64,000 nucleotides of DNA from Candidatus Woesearchaeota archaeon (GCA_043803105.1 JAZDKJ010000006.1:1-64000); one strand, 5' to 3'. Counted from the first letter of the stretch, positions 9,740 through 20,168 are shown. Program-made: numbers and translations. Notes: generated by a model from the letters alone, not told the origin.

Positions 9740-10051
9740 ATGTCAAGAATACCATCTGAACAATATGACACTATTGAAAAGCAAATTCTTGCAGAAGTTG
9801 CTTCAGGTCGACTGGAAGATGCTGTGGCCGCTTCTCTCTGCTGGGGAGATTTAGCTCTATATGTTGAGTATGATGATGAGACTGCGAAGAAATTTTATGG
9901 TTTGGCAAAACAATTTTATCAGAAACAAGGTAAACCTGAAAAGGTTGCGGAAATCGAACTTGTTATCGGTGGCGCGACTGCTTGGGTGGCAAGAGAAAAA
10001 TCGAGGATTGGGAACGCTGATAAGCAACTCATGGAAAAACTTTTTTCTTGA
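9740..10051 (+). CDS. Hypothetical helical (TPR-like) protein
   Basis: 103-aa ORF with an upstream TATA-like box, convergent with rtcB. Confidence 0.55.
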   Translation: MSRIPSEQYDTIEKQILAEVASGRLEDAVAASLCWGDLALYVEYDDETAKKFYGLAKQFYQKQGKPEKVAEIELVIGGATAWVAREKSRIGNADKQLMEKLFS

Positions 10052-11503
10052 TCATCCCTTCATCACTGCTATCGGCACAACCCTTGCTACAAGGTTCCCG
10101 ATTCCAAGCTTGTGTGACACCCTTACAACCTCATCTACATCTTTATAAGCAGCAGAGGCCTCTTCAGCAAGCCCCTGCCATGAAGTTGCCTTTACCTCAA
10201 CTCCATGCTCTGCTAGGTCTTTTGATATCTGCTCTCCCCTGAACCTGCTTAGAGCCTCATGCCTTGACATTACCCTTCCTGCTCCATGTGCAGTGCTTCC
10301 AAAGCTCATCTCTTCTGCCACTTTTGTGCCAACCAAAATGTATGAAGCAGTTCCCATGCTCCCAGGTATAAGCACTGGCTGTCCTACATCGCGGTAGACC
10401 TCAGGTATCTCTTCCCTTCCTGGTCCAAATGACCTGGTTGCTCCCTTGCGGTGCACGCAGAGCTTTCTTTTTTCTCCGTCAACCATATGATCTTCAATCT
10501 TTGCTAGGTTGTGGCACACATCATATATTTGTTCCATCCCTTGCGAGCTGCCAAATACCTTTGCAAAAACATCCCTTACCCAGTGAGCTATCATCTGCCT
10601 GTTTGCAAAAGCGAAGTTTATTGCTCCAGCCATTGCCTGGAAATATTGTTGTCCTAACTCTGAGTTGACAGGAGCATTTACAAGTTCCCTGTCAGGAAGG
10701 TTAGCAAACCCGTATTTTTCTTCCATTTTCTTGATGTAATCTGATGCCACCTGATGCCCCAGGCCCCTAGAGCCGCAATGTATCATGACCAGCACTTGAT
10801 CCTTTTGGTTTATTCCAAATCTTTTGGCAATTCTTTCATCGTAAATTTCATCCACTTTCTGTATCTCAAGGAAGTGGTTTCCAGCCCCTAGTGTTCCTAG
10901 CTGTGGCTTTCCCCGATCAAACGCTTTTGGAGTGATTGCATTAGAGCTTGCTCCCTTCATTCTTCCGTACTCTTCTGTCCTTTCCAGGTCTTGTTTGGTT
11001 CCGTAGCCATTCTCTACTGCCCATGCTGCTCCCTTGCTCACAACTTCTGCGAGCAGTTCCTTGGACAATTTTGTTATTCCTCCCTTTCCTACTCCTGCAG
11101 GCACTTCTTTAAAGGTTTCATCTAAAAGTTCTTTTCTCTTTGGTTCTACCTCTTTGAAAGTCAAATCTGTTCTAAGAAGCCGTACGCCACAATTAATATC
11201 ATAACCCACGCCACCTGGTGAGACTATGCCATCATCCATATCAAATGCCGCCACTCCTCCTATTGGAAAACCGTCTAAGGCCTAATTAACAGCGCTAATT
11301 AGGAATCCTTCATGAGCATCAGGCATGGTATAACCTGCCTTGACAATGCCCTTCAAAGTGGCGACATTGAATGTTTGCTGCAATGTCCTGTCCTGCTTAA
11401 TCTTTTCCATGAGTTTGTCCGAGGCGTATACAAAGCTAGGCACATTCATAGCCCCATGCTTTGGTATCTCCCACACAAACTCGCTGATTTTTTTCAATTC
11501 CAT
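10052..11503 (-). CDS. rtcB: tRNA-splicing ligase RtcB, intron-split: join(11503..11305,11274..10052), 473 aa after splicing
   Basis: Exon 1 ends MPDAHEG and exon 2 gives YGFPIGGVAAFD; also GYDINCG, GTLGAGNHF, HCGSRG, HN, HRKGA, PGSMG, HGAGR. Removing 30 nt restores a continuous frame. Confidence 0.95.
11275..11304 (-). other. 30-nt bulge-helix-bulge intron in rtcB mRNA
   Basis: mRNA UG-AAGG-AU^U-CCUAAUUAGC-GCU-GUUAAUUAGG-CCUU-AG^A-CG: 4-bp helix AAGG/CCUU, two 3-nt bulges, 10-bp inner stem, in-frame UAG. Confidence 0.9.
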
Positions 11504-11525
11504 AATAGAAATCGAAAGAAGCTGT

Positions 11526-11534
11526 GTTTAAAAA
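11526..11534 (-). promoter_or_regulatory. TATA-like box of rtcB (probably near-leaderless transcript)
   Basis: Minus strand reads AAGCTTTTTAAAC ~25-30 nt upstream of ATG 11503. Confidence 0.5.
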
Positions 11535-11654
11535 GCTTACTGACAGAGTTTTGCAGTCCCAACAAAATCTTTCTCAACAGCCTGTTTAAGCTCGTAGAAC
11601 TCAGGTATTTGATGGCCTAAAATTCCAGCTCGTAAATTTTTAAGGGTTATATCA

Positions 11655-12065
11655 TCAAACATCAACCACTACTTGCACAAAGCAATGCCCCTTCTTTTCT
11701 TCGATTTCCATCTCGTTGTATGTAACTGCCTTTACATCCCCATGCGTTGAGTAGTCTTCTGTTGACGCGTCTCCGATTACTGTTGCAACTAAATCGTTGC
11801 CCTTAATCTTCAGGCTTTTTACACTGTGAAGGAAAAATCCCTCTGAATCAAGCAGGAACAAGAGTTCTTCCAGGAAGTTGTACAGCAATGCTTTGGTGTC
11901 AGAACCAGTTGCAGAAATCTCCCTCTCCTCTGTTTGCTTTACCTTTGTGCAGTCTACCATGACTGAGAACATTGCTTCAGCTGCGTTAGAGAACGCCTCT
12001 TCAAGGTTTTTTCCATAAGCCCTGAACTTGGCATCAGCAGTGTGCTCGAAAAACTCGTATCTCAT
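11655..12065 (-). CDS. Archease (RtcB activator)
   Basis: EHTADAK..G..LEEAF, DVKAVTY, C-terminal VVDV; adjacent to rtcB. Confidence 0.95.
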   Translation of the reverse strand: MRYEFFEHTADAKFRAYGKNLEEAFSNAAEAMFSVMVDCTKVKQTEEREISATGSDTKALLYNFLEELLFLLDSEGFFLHSVKSLKIKGNDLVATVIGDASTEDYSTHGDVKAVTYNEMEIEEKKGHCFVQVVVDV

Positions 12066-12139
12066 CCTGTTATGTAAACCTGTACAGTTTAAAAACGTGC
12101 CGATAGATTTATATATTTATCTTTGAGTATCTTTCCGCC

Positions 12140-12916
12140 ATGGAAATCCCAAGACCTCAGCATAATGAATTTGGCAAGCCAGAGACTCGAGTAAAGGCCA
12201 TCTGGAAGCTTAACCCAGAGCCAGCCAAGCCCGAGACTCAAGAGAAATATATCACTTTCAAGATTAAGCCTAGGAGTGTCGAGCGCTTCATTTTCGTTCT
12301 GATTATAATAGTCCTGGCAGCTGCCTTGATTATCACCAATATGGACAAAGGTCCCTCCGTAGCAAATCAGACACTTTCCACACCTGAGCAGCAGGAATTG
12401 CCAAAGGTGCAGCCTGTGGTTGTCAAGAATATCACTCCAACGCTGCCAGTTGTTGCGCCAGCGCCTGTAGTAAATCTTTCTAACAAGACAGTTGCTAAGC
12501 CGGTCATAAATCAGACCAAGAATTTAACTCCATCATCTGAAGGTCCAATTGATCCTAGCTTGGTGGACTTTATCATAAACAGGGTTGTTTATATCAAGAA
12601 GACAGACACCTGGGCCAAGGTCACGAGTATCGACGTGACTATTAAGAATAATGGCAACACCTTAAGGCCGCTGATCAAGATTTATGCGTTTGATGAATCC
12701 ACGCCAGAGGTTGCTGCGACTAGGGAAATTGGCTCTGATATTATTTTCCAGACAGGGATTCCAAAGGGTGAGGTTAGGAGTTTTACTCTTGATACATCTG
12801 ATAGGCCGATTTCATTCAGCGATTTTGATACCCAGAAGACTGTTAGGCTTCAGCTTTATGATTGGAAGTCAAACGACTCTGTAAAGCAGGCTGTAAAGAC
12901 CTTCACAATTAGTTAG
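12140..12916 (+). CDS. Membrane-anchored hypothetical protein (single TM, Pro/Val/Thr linker, Ig-like C-terminus)
   Basis: TM FIFVLIIIVLAAALII, N-x-T/S-rich linker. Confidence 0.7.
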   Translation: MEIPRPQHNEFGKPETRVKAIWKLNPEPAKPETQEKYITFKIKPRSVERFIFVLIIIVLAAALIITNMDKGPSVANQTLSTPEQQELPKVQPVVVKNITPTLPVVAPAPVVNLSNKTVAKPVINQTKNLTPSSEGPIDPSLVDFIINRVVYIKKTDTWAKVTSIDVTIKNNGNTLRPLIKIYAFDESTPEVAATREIGSDIIFQTGIPKGEVRSFTLDTSDRPISFSDFDTQKTVRLQLYDWKSNDSVKQAVKTFTIS

Positions 12917-13155
12917 TAAGGGATAATCTCAATTCTTTCCTTTTTCTCTGTCTTATTCTCCGGCTCAGCGAATATGTTTCCGAAAACGCTTGCCTGTGTA
13001 CCTTCTTCAAATATGTTCTTGTACTTTTCTGTTTGCCCTTCAGGTATTTTCTTATGCTTTTCTGTTTGCTCCTGCTTCGATACTGATGATAGAAGATGTA
13101 TTACCTTTTTTATGTCTTCAATGCTATCCTCTTTTGTGTCTATCGTGATTTTCAT
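12913..13155 (-). CDS. Small hypothetical protein
   Basis: MKITIDTKEDSIEDIKKVI...; ATG 13155 with upstream TATA-like box. Confidence 0.6.
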   Translation of the reverse strand: MKITIDTKEDSIEDIKKVIHLLSSVSKQEQTEKHKKIPEGQTEKYKNIFEEGTQASVFGNIFAEPENKTEKKERIEIIPY

Positions 13156-13243
13156 ATTCAATACCTTTTGGTTTAGAATATAAAAACATTTCGTAAGCAA
13201 TCTTTATATATGCAGTGTTTTACAGCAATCCTTGAGAGGTGGC

Positions 13244-13435
13244 ATGATGAAGTATGTTGTGAAAGTCGACAAGCAGAAATGCATTGGCTGCGGTGCGTGC
13301 ACAAACATCTGTGACAATTTCAAGATGGATGCAGACAAGGCAGTTCCAGTAAAGAAGGAGTTGACTGAGCCAGGTTGTAGTGCTGAGGCGCAAGACATTT
13401 GCCCTGTCCAAGCCATAACCGTCACCAAGGCGTAA
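13244..13435 (+). CDS. Single-cluster ferredoxin
   Basis: CIGCGAC...CPVQAI; SD GAGGTG upstream. Confidence 0.9.
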   Translation: MMKYVVKVDKQKCIGCGACTNICDNFKMDADKAVPVKKELTEPGCSAEAQDICPVQAITVTKA

Positions 13436-13450
13436 CCTTCTGTTTTTTTC

Positions 13451-14209
13451 TCAAAGGAATAGTCTTCCATAGTTGAGGTAGATGTTGTTTTCCACCTCGA
13501 TCTTGTCCATTCCCTTTATTTGGGCAATCTTTTTGATGCTCTCTTCTACAAATGCAGGTTCATTTCTTGTGTCTGCAAAAGGTGAAAGATATGGTGCGTC
13601 TGTTTCAGTAAACAGCCTGCTAAGGTCCACTTCCTTTACCAGCTTTTGGAAGTGCTCGCTTCTCACTATGCTTGTAGGCACAGAAAAATACCATAAATTA
13701 TCAGCTATCCTTTTGACCAGCCCGAAGTTTCCCATAAAGCAGTGCATCACCACTTTTTTTGCGCGTGAGCTCTCAAGCATCTCAACGCATTCAAGGTATG
13801 CCTTCCTCGAATGCACGATTATTGGTTTGTTGGTCTTCTCAGCTAGTGCAATCATTTTAAAGAACAGCTCTTTTTGTTCTTGTTTCTCTGTTCCTGTCTG
13901 AAAATCCATTCCCACCTCTCCTATCGCAATGATTTTCTCCTTGTTTTTCTCTATGAACTTGATTTCCTCATCAATACTAAAGCCCTCAAGTTCTTCTCCA
14001 ACCTCATTTCTTAGTGCATCTGGCGGGTATATTCCAAGGCTTGCCTTTACTATGTCAAACCTTGCGGCAAGCTTCAAGGCTATCCTGTTTGTTTTCGGGT
14101 CAATTCCGTTGGTGTTGATAATGCTCACCCCAGACTTTCTTGCCCGTTCGATGACTTCTTCTATGTCAGGAAACTTATGGTCAAGGTGGCAGTGTATGTC
14201 GATTAGCAT
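13451..14209 (-). CDS. tatD: TatD family deoxyribonuclease
   Basis: IDIHCHLD, IGEVGMD, HSR, HCF, ETDAPY; likely start is ATG 14209. Confidence 0.93.
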   Translation of the reverse strand: MLIDIHCHLDHKFPDIEEVIERARKSGVSIINTNGIDPKTNRIALKLAARFDIVKASLGIYPPDALRNEVGEELEGFSIDEEIKFIEKNKEKIIAIGEVGMDFQTGTEKQEQKELFFKMIALAEKTNKPIIVHSRKAYLECVEMLESSRAKKVVMHCFMGNFGLVKRIADNLWYFSVPTSIVRSEHFQKLVKEVDLSRLFTETDAPYLSPFADTRNEPAFVEESIKKIAQIKGMDKIEVENNIYLNYGRLFL

Positions 14210-14306
14210 TTGATTGAATGTTGTCATTGCATTTATATAGTTTTCCAGCGTCGGGCAAAAGAAAACATTTAAATAGCTTGCTTGGCTTCTTGGAACCGGT
14301 GGTATA

Positions 14307-14723
14307 ATGGCAGTTGTTAACTTCAATTTCACTAGGATTTTGGCAGAAAGGACATCCCAATTAGAGGGCAAAATCAACATCCGCAACAATGTTTCGATCA
14401 AGGATGTTACCAGGTCAGAGCTCGACTTTGGTTCAACCAAGCAGCCTGTCTTGAAATTCATCTTCGAGTTTACCTCTGATTATGATCCAAAGGTGGGCCA
14501 CATCACTCTAAACGGTGAGGTTGTCTACATGGAGAATGAAAAGAAGGTCCAGGACATCTTGAAGGAGTGGAAGAAAGATAAGCGCATTTCAAAGGACATT
14601 ATGGCTAACATCATCAACAATGTGCTTGCCAAATGCAATATCCAAGCCTTGATAATTAGCAAGGATGTCAATCTTCCCCCGCCAATACCGTTGCCCAAGC
14701 TGCAGCCTGACCAGAATATTTAG
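14307..14723 (+). CDS. Conserved archaeal hypothetical protein
   Basis: 138 aa ending in NLPPPIPLP; codon usage matches neighbours. Confidence 0.75.
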   Translation: MAVVNFNFTRILAERTSQLEGKINIRNNVSIKDVTRSELDFGSTKQPVLKFIFEFTSDYDPKVGHITLNGEVVYMENEKKVQDILKEWKKDKRISKDIMANIINNVLAKCNIQALIISKDVNLPPPIPLPKLQPDQNI

Positions 14724-14782
14724 CCATTTCTGGCAAAAGGTTTAATAATACCATTTTGATTCACTTGTAGAAGGCGAAGTGC

Positions 14783-17602
14783 ATGGATAAGGAAATTCAG
14801 TTGAAGGTTGCCGAGGCAATCCAGGATGATGTGAACAAGGGCATTGTTAGGGTGGACTCTAATTTCATGCGTGAGATTGGTGTTCGTCCTGGCGATATTG
14901 TTGAGATTGCTGGTGAACGCAAGACTGTCTGCATTGTTGACAGGGCCTACCCTGGTGACATTGGCCTGAACATTGTGCGCATTGATGGTATTACCAGGCG
15001 CAATGCAAAGACTGGCGTTGGCGAGATGGTCAAGGTCAAGAAGGCTGATATTAAGGAGGCCAAGCGTGTTACCATTGCTCCTGCCAAGAAAGGCATAGTT
15101 GTTCGTGCTTCTCCCATCATTTTCAGGCATGGCCTATTGGGCCGCGCTCTGATGAAAGGCGATATTGTTGCCCTCGGCGGTACCAACCGGAGAAAGACTG
15201 CCATGTCAAGCAACCCTTTCTTTGACGAGATTTTCGAGGTACTCGATGAGGAGCTTCAGGGAGGTTTCGGCTTTGGCGGTTTCAGTGACCTGAAGTTTAT
15301 TGTTGCTGACACAATGCCAAAGCAGGCAGTTTTTGTTACTGAGACAACTGAGGTTATCTTTAATCCCGAAGCCATTGAATTAGAGAAAGAGGAGCGGGTT
15401 CCTGAAGTCTCTTATGAGGATATTGGCGGGCTTGAAGAAGAGATCCGCAAGGTTCGCGAGATGATTGAGCTCCCGCTAAAACATCCAGAGCTTTTCGAGA
15501 AGCTTGGTATAGAGCCGCCTAAAGGTGTTCTTCTGCACGGCCCTCCCGGTACAGGAAAGACCTTGCTTGCAAAGGCAGTTGCTAACGAAACAAATTCCTA
15601 TTTTATACTTATTAACGGCCCTGAGATAATGTCCAAGTATTATGGCCAGAGTGAGGAAAACCTGAGGAAGAAGTTTGAGGAAGCTGAGAAGAATGCCCCA
15701 AGCATCATATTTATCGATGAGATTGATGCCATTGCTTCAAAGCGGGAGGAAACGCATGGTGAGGTTGAGAGAAGGGTTGTAGCACAGCTTCTTGCCCTTA
15801 TGGATGGCCTGCAGGCCCGCGGTAAAGTCGTTGTTGTTGCTGCAACAAACATCCCTAATGTTCTTGATCCTGCGTTACGAAGGCCTGGCCGTTTCGACCG
15901 GGAGATCGAGATAGGCGTGCCTAATAAGCTTGGCCGTCTGAACATTCTTAAGATTCATACCAGGAACATGCCCCTAGACCATTGGGATACTGGAGCGGTC
16001 GCAAAGCTCTTGAAAAAGAAGTATACTGCTTTTGATGAGGTGGCAAACAAGAGAATAGAAAATTTCAAAATAAAATTGGAAAACCTTGAGTCAGAACAGA
16101 AAGTCAAGCAGAAGGAGATTATTGTATTACAAAGGAATATACCTGAAACAGAAGCAAAGAAAAAGGAAAAACTCGAAGAAATTGCCAAGCTACGAGCCAG
16201 ACTTGCTGCGCTTGAAGCAGAGAAGTCTGACAAACAGAAGGGAATAGAAAAAATAGGGGAGCATGTTGCTATTGTGGGCAAGCTTAGAGATGAAGCTGCC
16301 AAGAATAAAAGGTCAATAGACATACTAGTCAAGGCAATTACCGAATTAAAGGAAGATTCCACTAGCTTAGATACAGATGATCCAAGAACTATTTTTGCTG
16401 AAGAAAAAATGGCTAACTTGGACGAAGAATTAAGAGTCAAGATAAACCAGCTCAGGGAAACTGGAATTTTGTCAAAGGAGTTCATTGATGAGGCAAAAAA
16501 AGAATCAATTCCAGCACTCTTAGACGACCTTGCTAGTATTACTCACGGTTTCGTCGGTGCTGATGTTGCAAGCCTTGCCAAAGAATCAGCAATGGTGGTC
16601 TTGCGGAAAGTGCTTCCGGACTTAAAATATGATGAGGATGAAAAGTTCCCAAGCCCACTGCTTGACAGGCTTGTTATCCGCGAACGGGATTTCAAAGAGG
16701 CTTTGAAAATGGTCAGGCCGTCAGCTCTTAGAGAAGTCCTGCTTGAAACGCCAAATATTAAATGGAACATGATTGGCGGCCTTGACAATGTCAAGCAAGA
16801 ACTTAAGGAAGCAGTTGAATGGCCACTAAAGTATCCTAACTCATTTAAGACCCTAGGTGTTCAACCACCAAGAGGCATCCTGGTATACGGTGCACCTGGT
16901 ACTGGCAAGACATTGCTTGCTAAAGCCGTTGCCACAGAATCCCAGGCAAATTTTATTGCTGTCAAAGGTCCGGAGATTATTTCTCAGTGGGTTGGCGAGA
17001 GCGAAAAAGCCGTAAGAAAGATTTTTGAGAAGGCTCGCCAGGCGGCTCCTTCCATCGTGTTTTTTGATGAGATTGATGCTATTGCAACTTCTAGGGGGGT
17101 CTCATCAAGTAATGGTCATGTAACCGAGCGCGTGGTAAATCAACTATTAACAGAAATTGACGGTTTGCAGGATTTAAGTGATGTTGTCGTAATCGCCGCA
17201 ACCAACAGGCCGGACATGCTTGACACTGCTTTGCTTAGACCAGGAAGATTTGACAGGATCATTCTGACTCCTGCACCAGATAATAACGCTCGCGAAGAAA
17301 TTTTTAAGATTCACTCAAAATTAATGCCTCTAAGGAATGTAAATTTGAAGGAACTGGCTGATAGAACTGAGGGTTTTACAGGAGCGGATATAAAATCTTT
17401 ATGCAGAGAAGCAGCCATGCTTGCTCTCAGAAAGGATATTAAAGCAAAGGTTGTAACAATGGACCACTTTGAAGATGCCCTGAAAAAAGTCTATCCTTCA
17501 GTTAGTCTAGATACAGAAAAGTCTTACGAGGAGATAGCCAGGCACTTCTCTTCTGCACGTGCAAAGCAGATGGAGCAGGAAAGGCCTGCCTACATGGGAT
17601 GA
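14783..17602 (+). CDS. cdc48: CDC48/VAT AAA+ ATPase with a large insertion in the D1 helical subdomain
   Basis: N-domain, two AAA modules ([13 protein letters not shown]; [13 protein letters not shown]), RPGRFD, C-terminal YMG (HbYX-like) tail. Confidence 0.95.
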   Translation: MDKEIQLKVAEAIQDDVNKGIVRVDSNFMREIGVRPGDIVEIAGERKTVCIVDRAYPGDIGLNIVRIDGITRRNAKTGVGEMVKVKKADIKEAKRVTIAPAKKGIVVRASPIIFRHGLLGRALMKGDIVALGGTNRRKTAMSSNPFFDEIFEVLDEELQGGFGFGGFSDLKFIVADTMPKQAVFVTETTEVIFNPEAIELEKEERVPEVSYEDIGGLEEEIRKVREMIELPLKHPELFEKLGIEPPKGVLLHGPPGTGKTLLAKAVANETNSYFILINGPEIMSKYYGQSEENLRKKFEEAEKNAPSIIFIDEIDAIASKREETHGEVERRVVAQLLALMDGLQARGKVVVVAATNIPNVLDPALRRPGRFDREIEIGVPNKLGRLNILKIHTRNMPLDHWDTGAVAKLLKKKYTAFDEVANKRIENFKIKLENLESEQKVKQKEIIVLQRNIPETEAKKKEKLEEIAKLRARLAALEAEKSDKQKGIEKIGEHVAIVGKLRDEAAKNKRSIDILVKAITELKEDSTSLDTDDPRTIFAEEKMANLDEELRVKINQLRETGILSKEFIDEAKKESIPALLDDLASITHGFVGADVASLAKESAMVVLRKVLPDLKYDEDEKFPSPLLDRLVIRERDFKEALKMVRPSALREVLLETPNIKWNMIGGLDNVKQELKEAVEWPLKYPNSFKTLGVQPPRGILVYGAPGTGKTLLAKAVATESQANFIAVKGPEIISQWVGESEKAVRKIFEKARQAAPSIVFFDEIDAIATSRGVSSSNGHVTERVVNQLLTEIDGLQDLSDVVVIAATNRPDMLDTALLRPGRFDRIILTPAPDNNAREEIFKIHSKLMPLRNVNLKELADRTEGFTGADIKSLCREAAMLALRKDIKAKVVTMDHFEDALKKVYPSVSLDTEKSYEEIARHFSSARAKQMEQERPAYMG

Positions 17603-18345
17603 AGCTTGCCCCTTTTGTCAGATTTCTTAATCAGCAGCTTAAGATCCATGCATTCAATGATGATTCCAGGAACGGCCTTCAGGTAAATTGTGGAAAGGAA
17701 ATAACAAAGATTGCTTTCGCAGTGGATGCTTGTCTTGAAAGTTTCAAGAAAGCTGCAAAATTGCATTGTGACCTCATTATTGTTCATCACGGTTTGCTCT
17801 GGAAGCATCAGAAATTTAAGGACCTTACTTTAAAGAGGATATCTTTCCTTAAGAAAAACAATCTTTCCCTTTATGGCGTGCACCTTCCTTTGGATGCCCA
17901 TCCATTGTACGGCAACAATGCAGAGCTCTGCCGCTTGTTGGATGTAAAGGCAAAAAAGCCTTTTGGAATTTATCACGGTAAGCCAGTTGGCTTTCGCGGG
18001 ACTGTAGGGAGACAGTCTCTTACAAAGTTTGTTTCTTTGGTTCATAACAAGCTCAATACAAAGCCCTTTATTCTCCCTTTCGGTTCAAGGCAAATCAGCA
18101 AGGTTGGGATTGTCTCAGGCGGTGGTCGTGCTGCCCTGGAAGAAGCCACTAAATTGAAGCTTGATTGCTTTCTTACTGGTGAGATAACCCATTCAGATTA
18201 CCATCGCGCCAAGGAATCCAGCGTCAATGTTGTTGTTGCAGGCCACTATAAGACAGAAACCTTGGGAGTAAAGGCACTTGCCAGACTTCTTCACCAAAAA
18301 TTTAATATACAGACCGTCTTTATCGACTCACCAACAGGGATGTGA
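17599..18345 (+). CDS. Nif3-like dinuclear metal centre protein
   Basis: NGLQV, HHG, HLPLDAH, SGGG, GHYKTE. Confidence 0.92.
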   Translation: MKLAPFVRFLNQQLKIHAFNDDSRNGLQVNCGKEITKIAFAVDACLESFKKAAKLHCDLIIVHHGLLWKHQKFKDLTLKRISFLKKNNLSLYGVHLPLDAHPLYGNNAELCRLLDVKAKKPFGIYHGKPVGFRGTVGRQSLTKFVSLVHNKLNTKPFILPFGSRQISKVGIVSGGGRAALEEATKLKLDCFLTGEITHSDYHRAKESSVNVVVAGHYKTETLGVKALARLLHQKFNIQTVFIDSPTGM

Positions 18346-18347
18346 CT

Positions 18348-19640
18348 ATGCAGCCAAAGCCAGGCGACAGTGTTCGAATTATTACAAAGGATTCTGCCTA
18401 TGAAGGCCTTCTTATGCCCAGGCCCAAAATTCTTGAGAAAGGTATTGCGGTAATCAAGCTTGATAACGGTTACAACATCGGTATTGAAGAAGGGAAAATA
18501 CAAAGGATTGAGCTTTTGGAGGAATACAAGCCAAAGAGACTTGTTCCAGAGAAAATAATTCCGGAGAAAGGTCTGCCCACTGTAGCTGTTCTGTCCTTTG
18601 GTGGCACAATTTCTGCTAAGGTTGATTATCGGACAGGCGGTACTTATGCTGATTATACTGCGCAAGACTTTGTGCAGATGATGCCTGAACTAAAGAAAGT
18701 GGCAAATATCAGAGCGGAGAAAGTTAAAGGAATGATGAGCGAGGACTTTACACCAAAAGATTGGAAAGACATGGCCAACTCCATCGCAAAAGAGCTTAAC
18801 ACAGACACCTCAGGCGTTGTTGTCTCGCAGGGCACAGACACTTTGCACTTTTCCACAGCTGCGATGAGCTTCATGCTTAGGAACTTGACAAAGCCTGTTA
18901 TTTTTACTGCAGCTCAAAGGTCTATTGACAGGGGCAGTTCAGATGCGTTCATGAATCTTTTTTGCGCAATAAATGCGGCAGCAAAATTTGACGGTGCTGT
19001 TGTTGCAACCTGTCTTCACAGTAGCATTGACGATAGTAATTGCATGCTTATCAGGGGTTCAAAAGTCAGGAAGATGCATACCTCCCGCCGAGATGCCTTT
19101 CGGCCAATGAACGAGTCGCCCTTGGCAAGCATTGATATCAAAGGTAACATTGATGTGCTGAATCCTGACTACCCTAAATTGCAACCTGGCAAGGTTGAAG
19201 TTGATGACAAGTTTGAGGAAAAGACTGCTCTTATCATGGTTTATCCTGGCATGGAACCAAAGGTTATTGATTTCTATGTAAAGGAAGGCTACAAGGGCAT
19301 TGTTTTGTCCGCTACTGCCCTTGGCCATGTTCCGACTGATACTAGCAAGAAAAATATATTGCCTAACATCAAGCACGCGCTTGATTCTGGATTGCCTGTT
19401 GTTGTCTCAAGTCAATCCCTGTATGGCAGGGTCCATCCTCATGTTTATACTAATTTGCGCAAGCTCTCAGTTGAGTTGAGCTGCATTTTTGTTGAGGATA
19501 TGCTTCCTGAAGTTGCTTATGTCAAGCTCGGATGGGTTTTGGGTCACACAAATGATCCCAAGAAGATAAAAGAGATGATGCTCAAGAATTATGCTGGTGA
19601 AATGACCCTAAGAAGTGACAAGAAAAGCTTCCTATATTAG
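18348..19640 (+). CDS. gatD: Glu-tRNA(Gln) amidotransferase subunit D
   Basis: KLDNGYNIG N-domain, GGTISAKVDY, GTDT, AQRSIDR, KMHTSRRDAF. Confidence 0.95.
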   Translation: MQPKPGDSVRIITKDSAYEGLLMPRPKILEKGIAVIKLDNGYNIGIEEGKIQRIELLEEYKPKRLVPEKIIPEKGLPTVAVLSFGGTISAKVDYRTGGTYADYTAQDFVQMMPELKKVANIRAEKVKGMMSEDFTPKDWKDMANSIAKELNTDTSGVVVSQGTDTLHFSTAAMSFMLRNLTKPVIFTAAQRSIDRGSSDAFMNLFCAINAAAKFDGAVVATCLHSSIDDSNCMLIRGSKVRKMHTSRRDAFRPMNESPLASIDIKGNIDVLNPDYPKLQPGKVEVDDKFEEKTALIMVYPGMEPKVIDFYVKEGYKGIVLSATALGHVPTDTSKKNILPNIKHALDSGLPVVVSSQSLYGRVHPHVYTNLRKLSVELSCIFVEDMLPEVAYVKLGWVLGHTNDPKKIKEMMLKNYAGEMTLRSDKKSFLY

Positions 19641-20168
19641 TCGCGTTATCACTTCTGCATTGCCTTTCGCATGCTCATTGTCTGATTGCTCAAAATGTGA
19701 CAGTGCTTCCTGCAATAATGATTTGTCCTCCTCTCCTGCCCTGTACACCTCAACCAATGCTATTGCAAGGTCAAAATGCCTGTTGCTCGACGGCTCTAGT
19801 TCCACAGCCCTTCGAAAGTGGGTTACCGCTTCTTTGTGCTGCTTTTCTTCAAAGAGCAATATTCCTAGGCTGTATTCTGCCTGCGCATAATCGCTGTTCT
19901 CTTCTATTGCTTTGAGGAACCATTCCCGGGCTTCTAAATTCTGGCTTTGGTCATAGCTTATCACGCCCATGTTGTAGTATGCAGGGCCAAATTCCGGGCT
20001 TATCTTTATTGCCCCTAGGTACAGCATTTCTGCCTTGTGAACATCATTATTATTATAGTAATGGTTGCCCAGCTTGAAAAGTGCAAACGATACTGCCCCT
20101 GATGGTATATCTGCAAGTACTGGTGCTGCAAGCAACAAGGCCATGAACATTATTATCAATTTCTTCAT
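19632..20168 (-). CDS. Secreted TPR-repeat protein
   Basis: Signal peptide followed by TPR consensus (AYYNMG, AEYSLG). Confidence 0.8.
   Translation of the reverse strand: MKKLIIMFMALLLAAPVLADIPSGAVSFALFKLGNHYYNNNDVHKAEMLYLGAIKISPEFGPAYYNMGVISYDQSQNLEAREWFLKAIEENSDYAQAEYSLGILLFEEKQHKEAVTHFRRAVELEPSSNRHFDLAIALVEVYRAGEEDKSLLQEALSHFEQSDNEHAKGNAEVITRLI

Noticed and set aside
11282-11284. rtcB TAG as pyrrolysine/readthrough, a sequencing error, or a naturally two-piece RtcB
   Set aside because: Readthrough would insert 10 residues into, and remove the Tyr from, the conserved HEGYGFP motif. A point error cannot create a 30-nt self-complementary insert whose ends match BHB cut sites. Two separate polypeptides would lose YGFPIGG.
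15977-16513. Intein in CDC48
   Set aside because: There is no N-terminal C/S, no HN-C/S/T end and no Hint or LAGLIDADG motif; the composition is coiled-coil.
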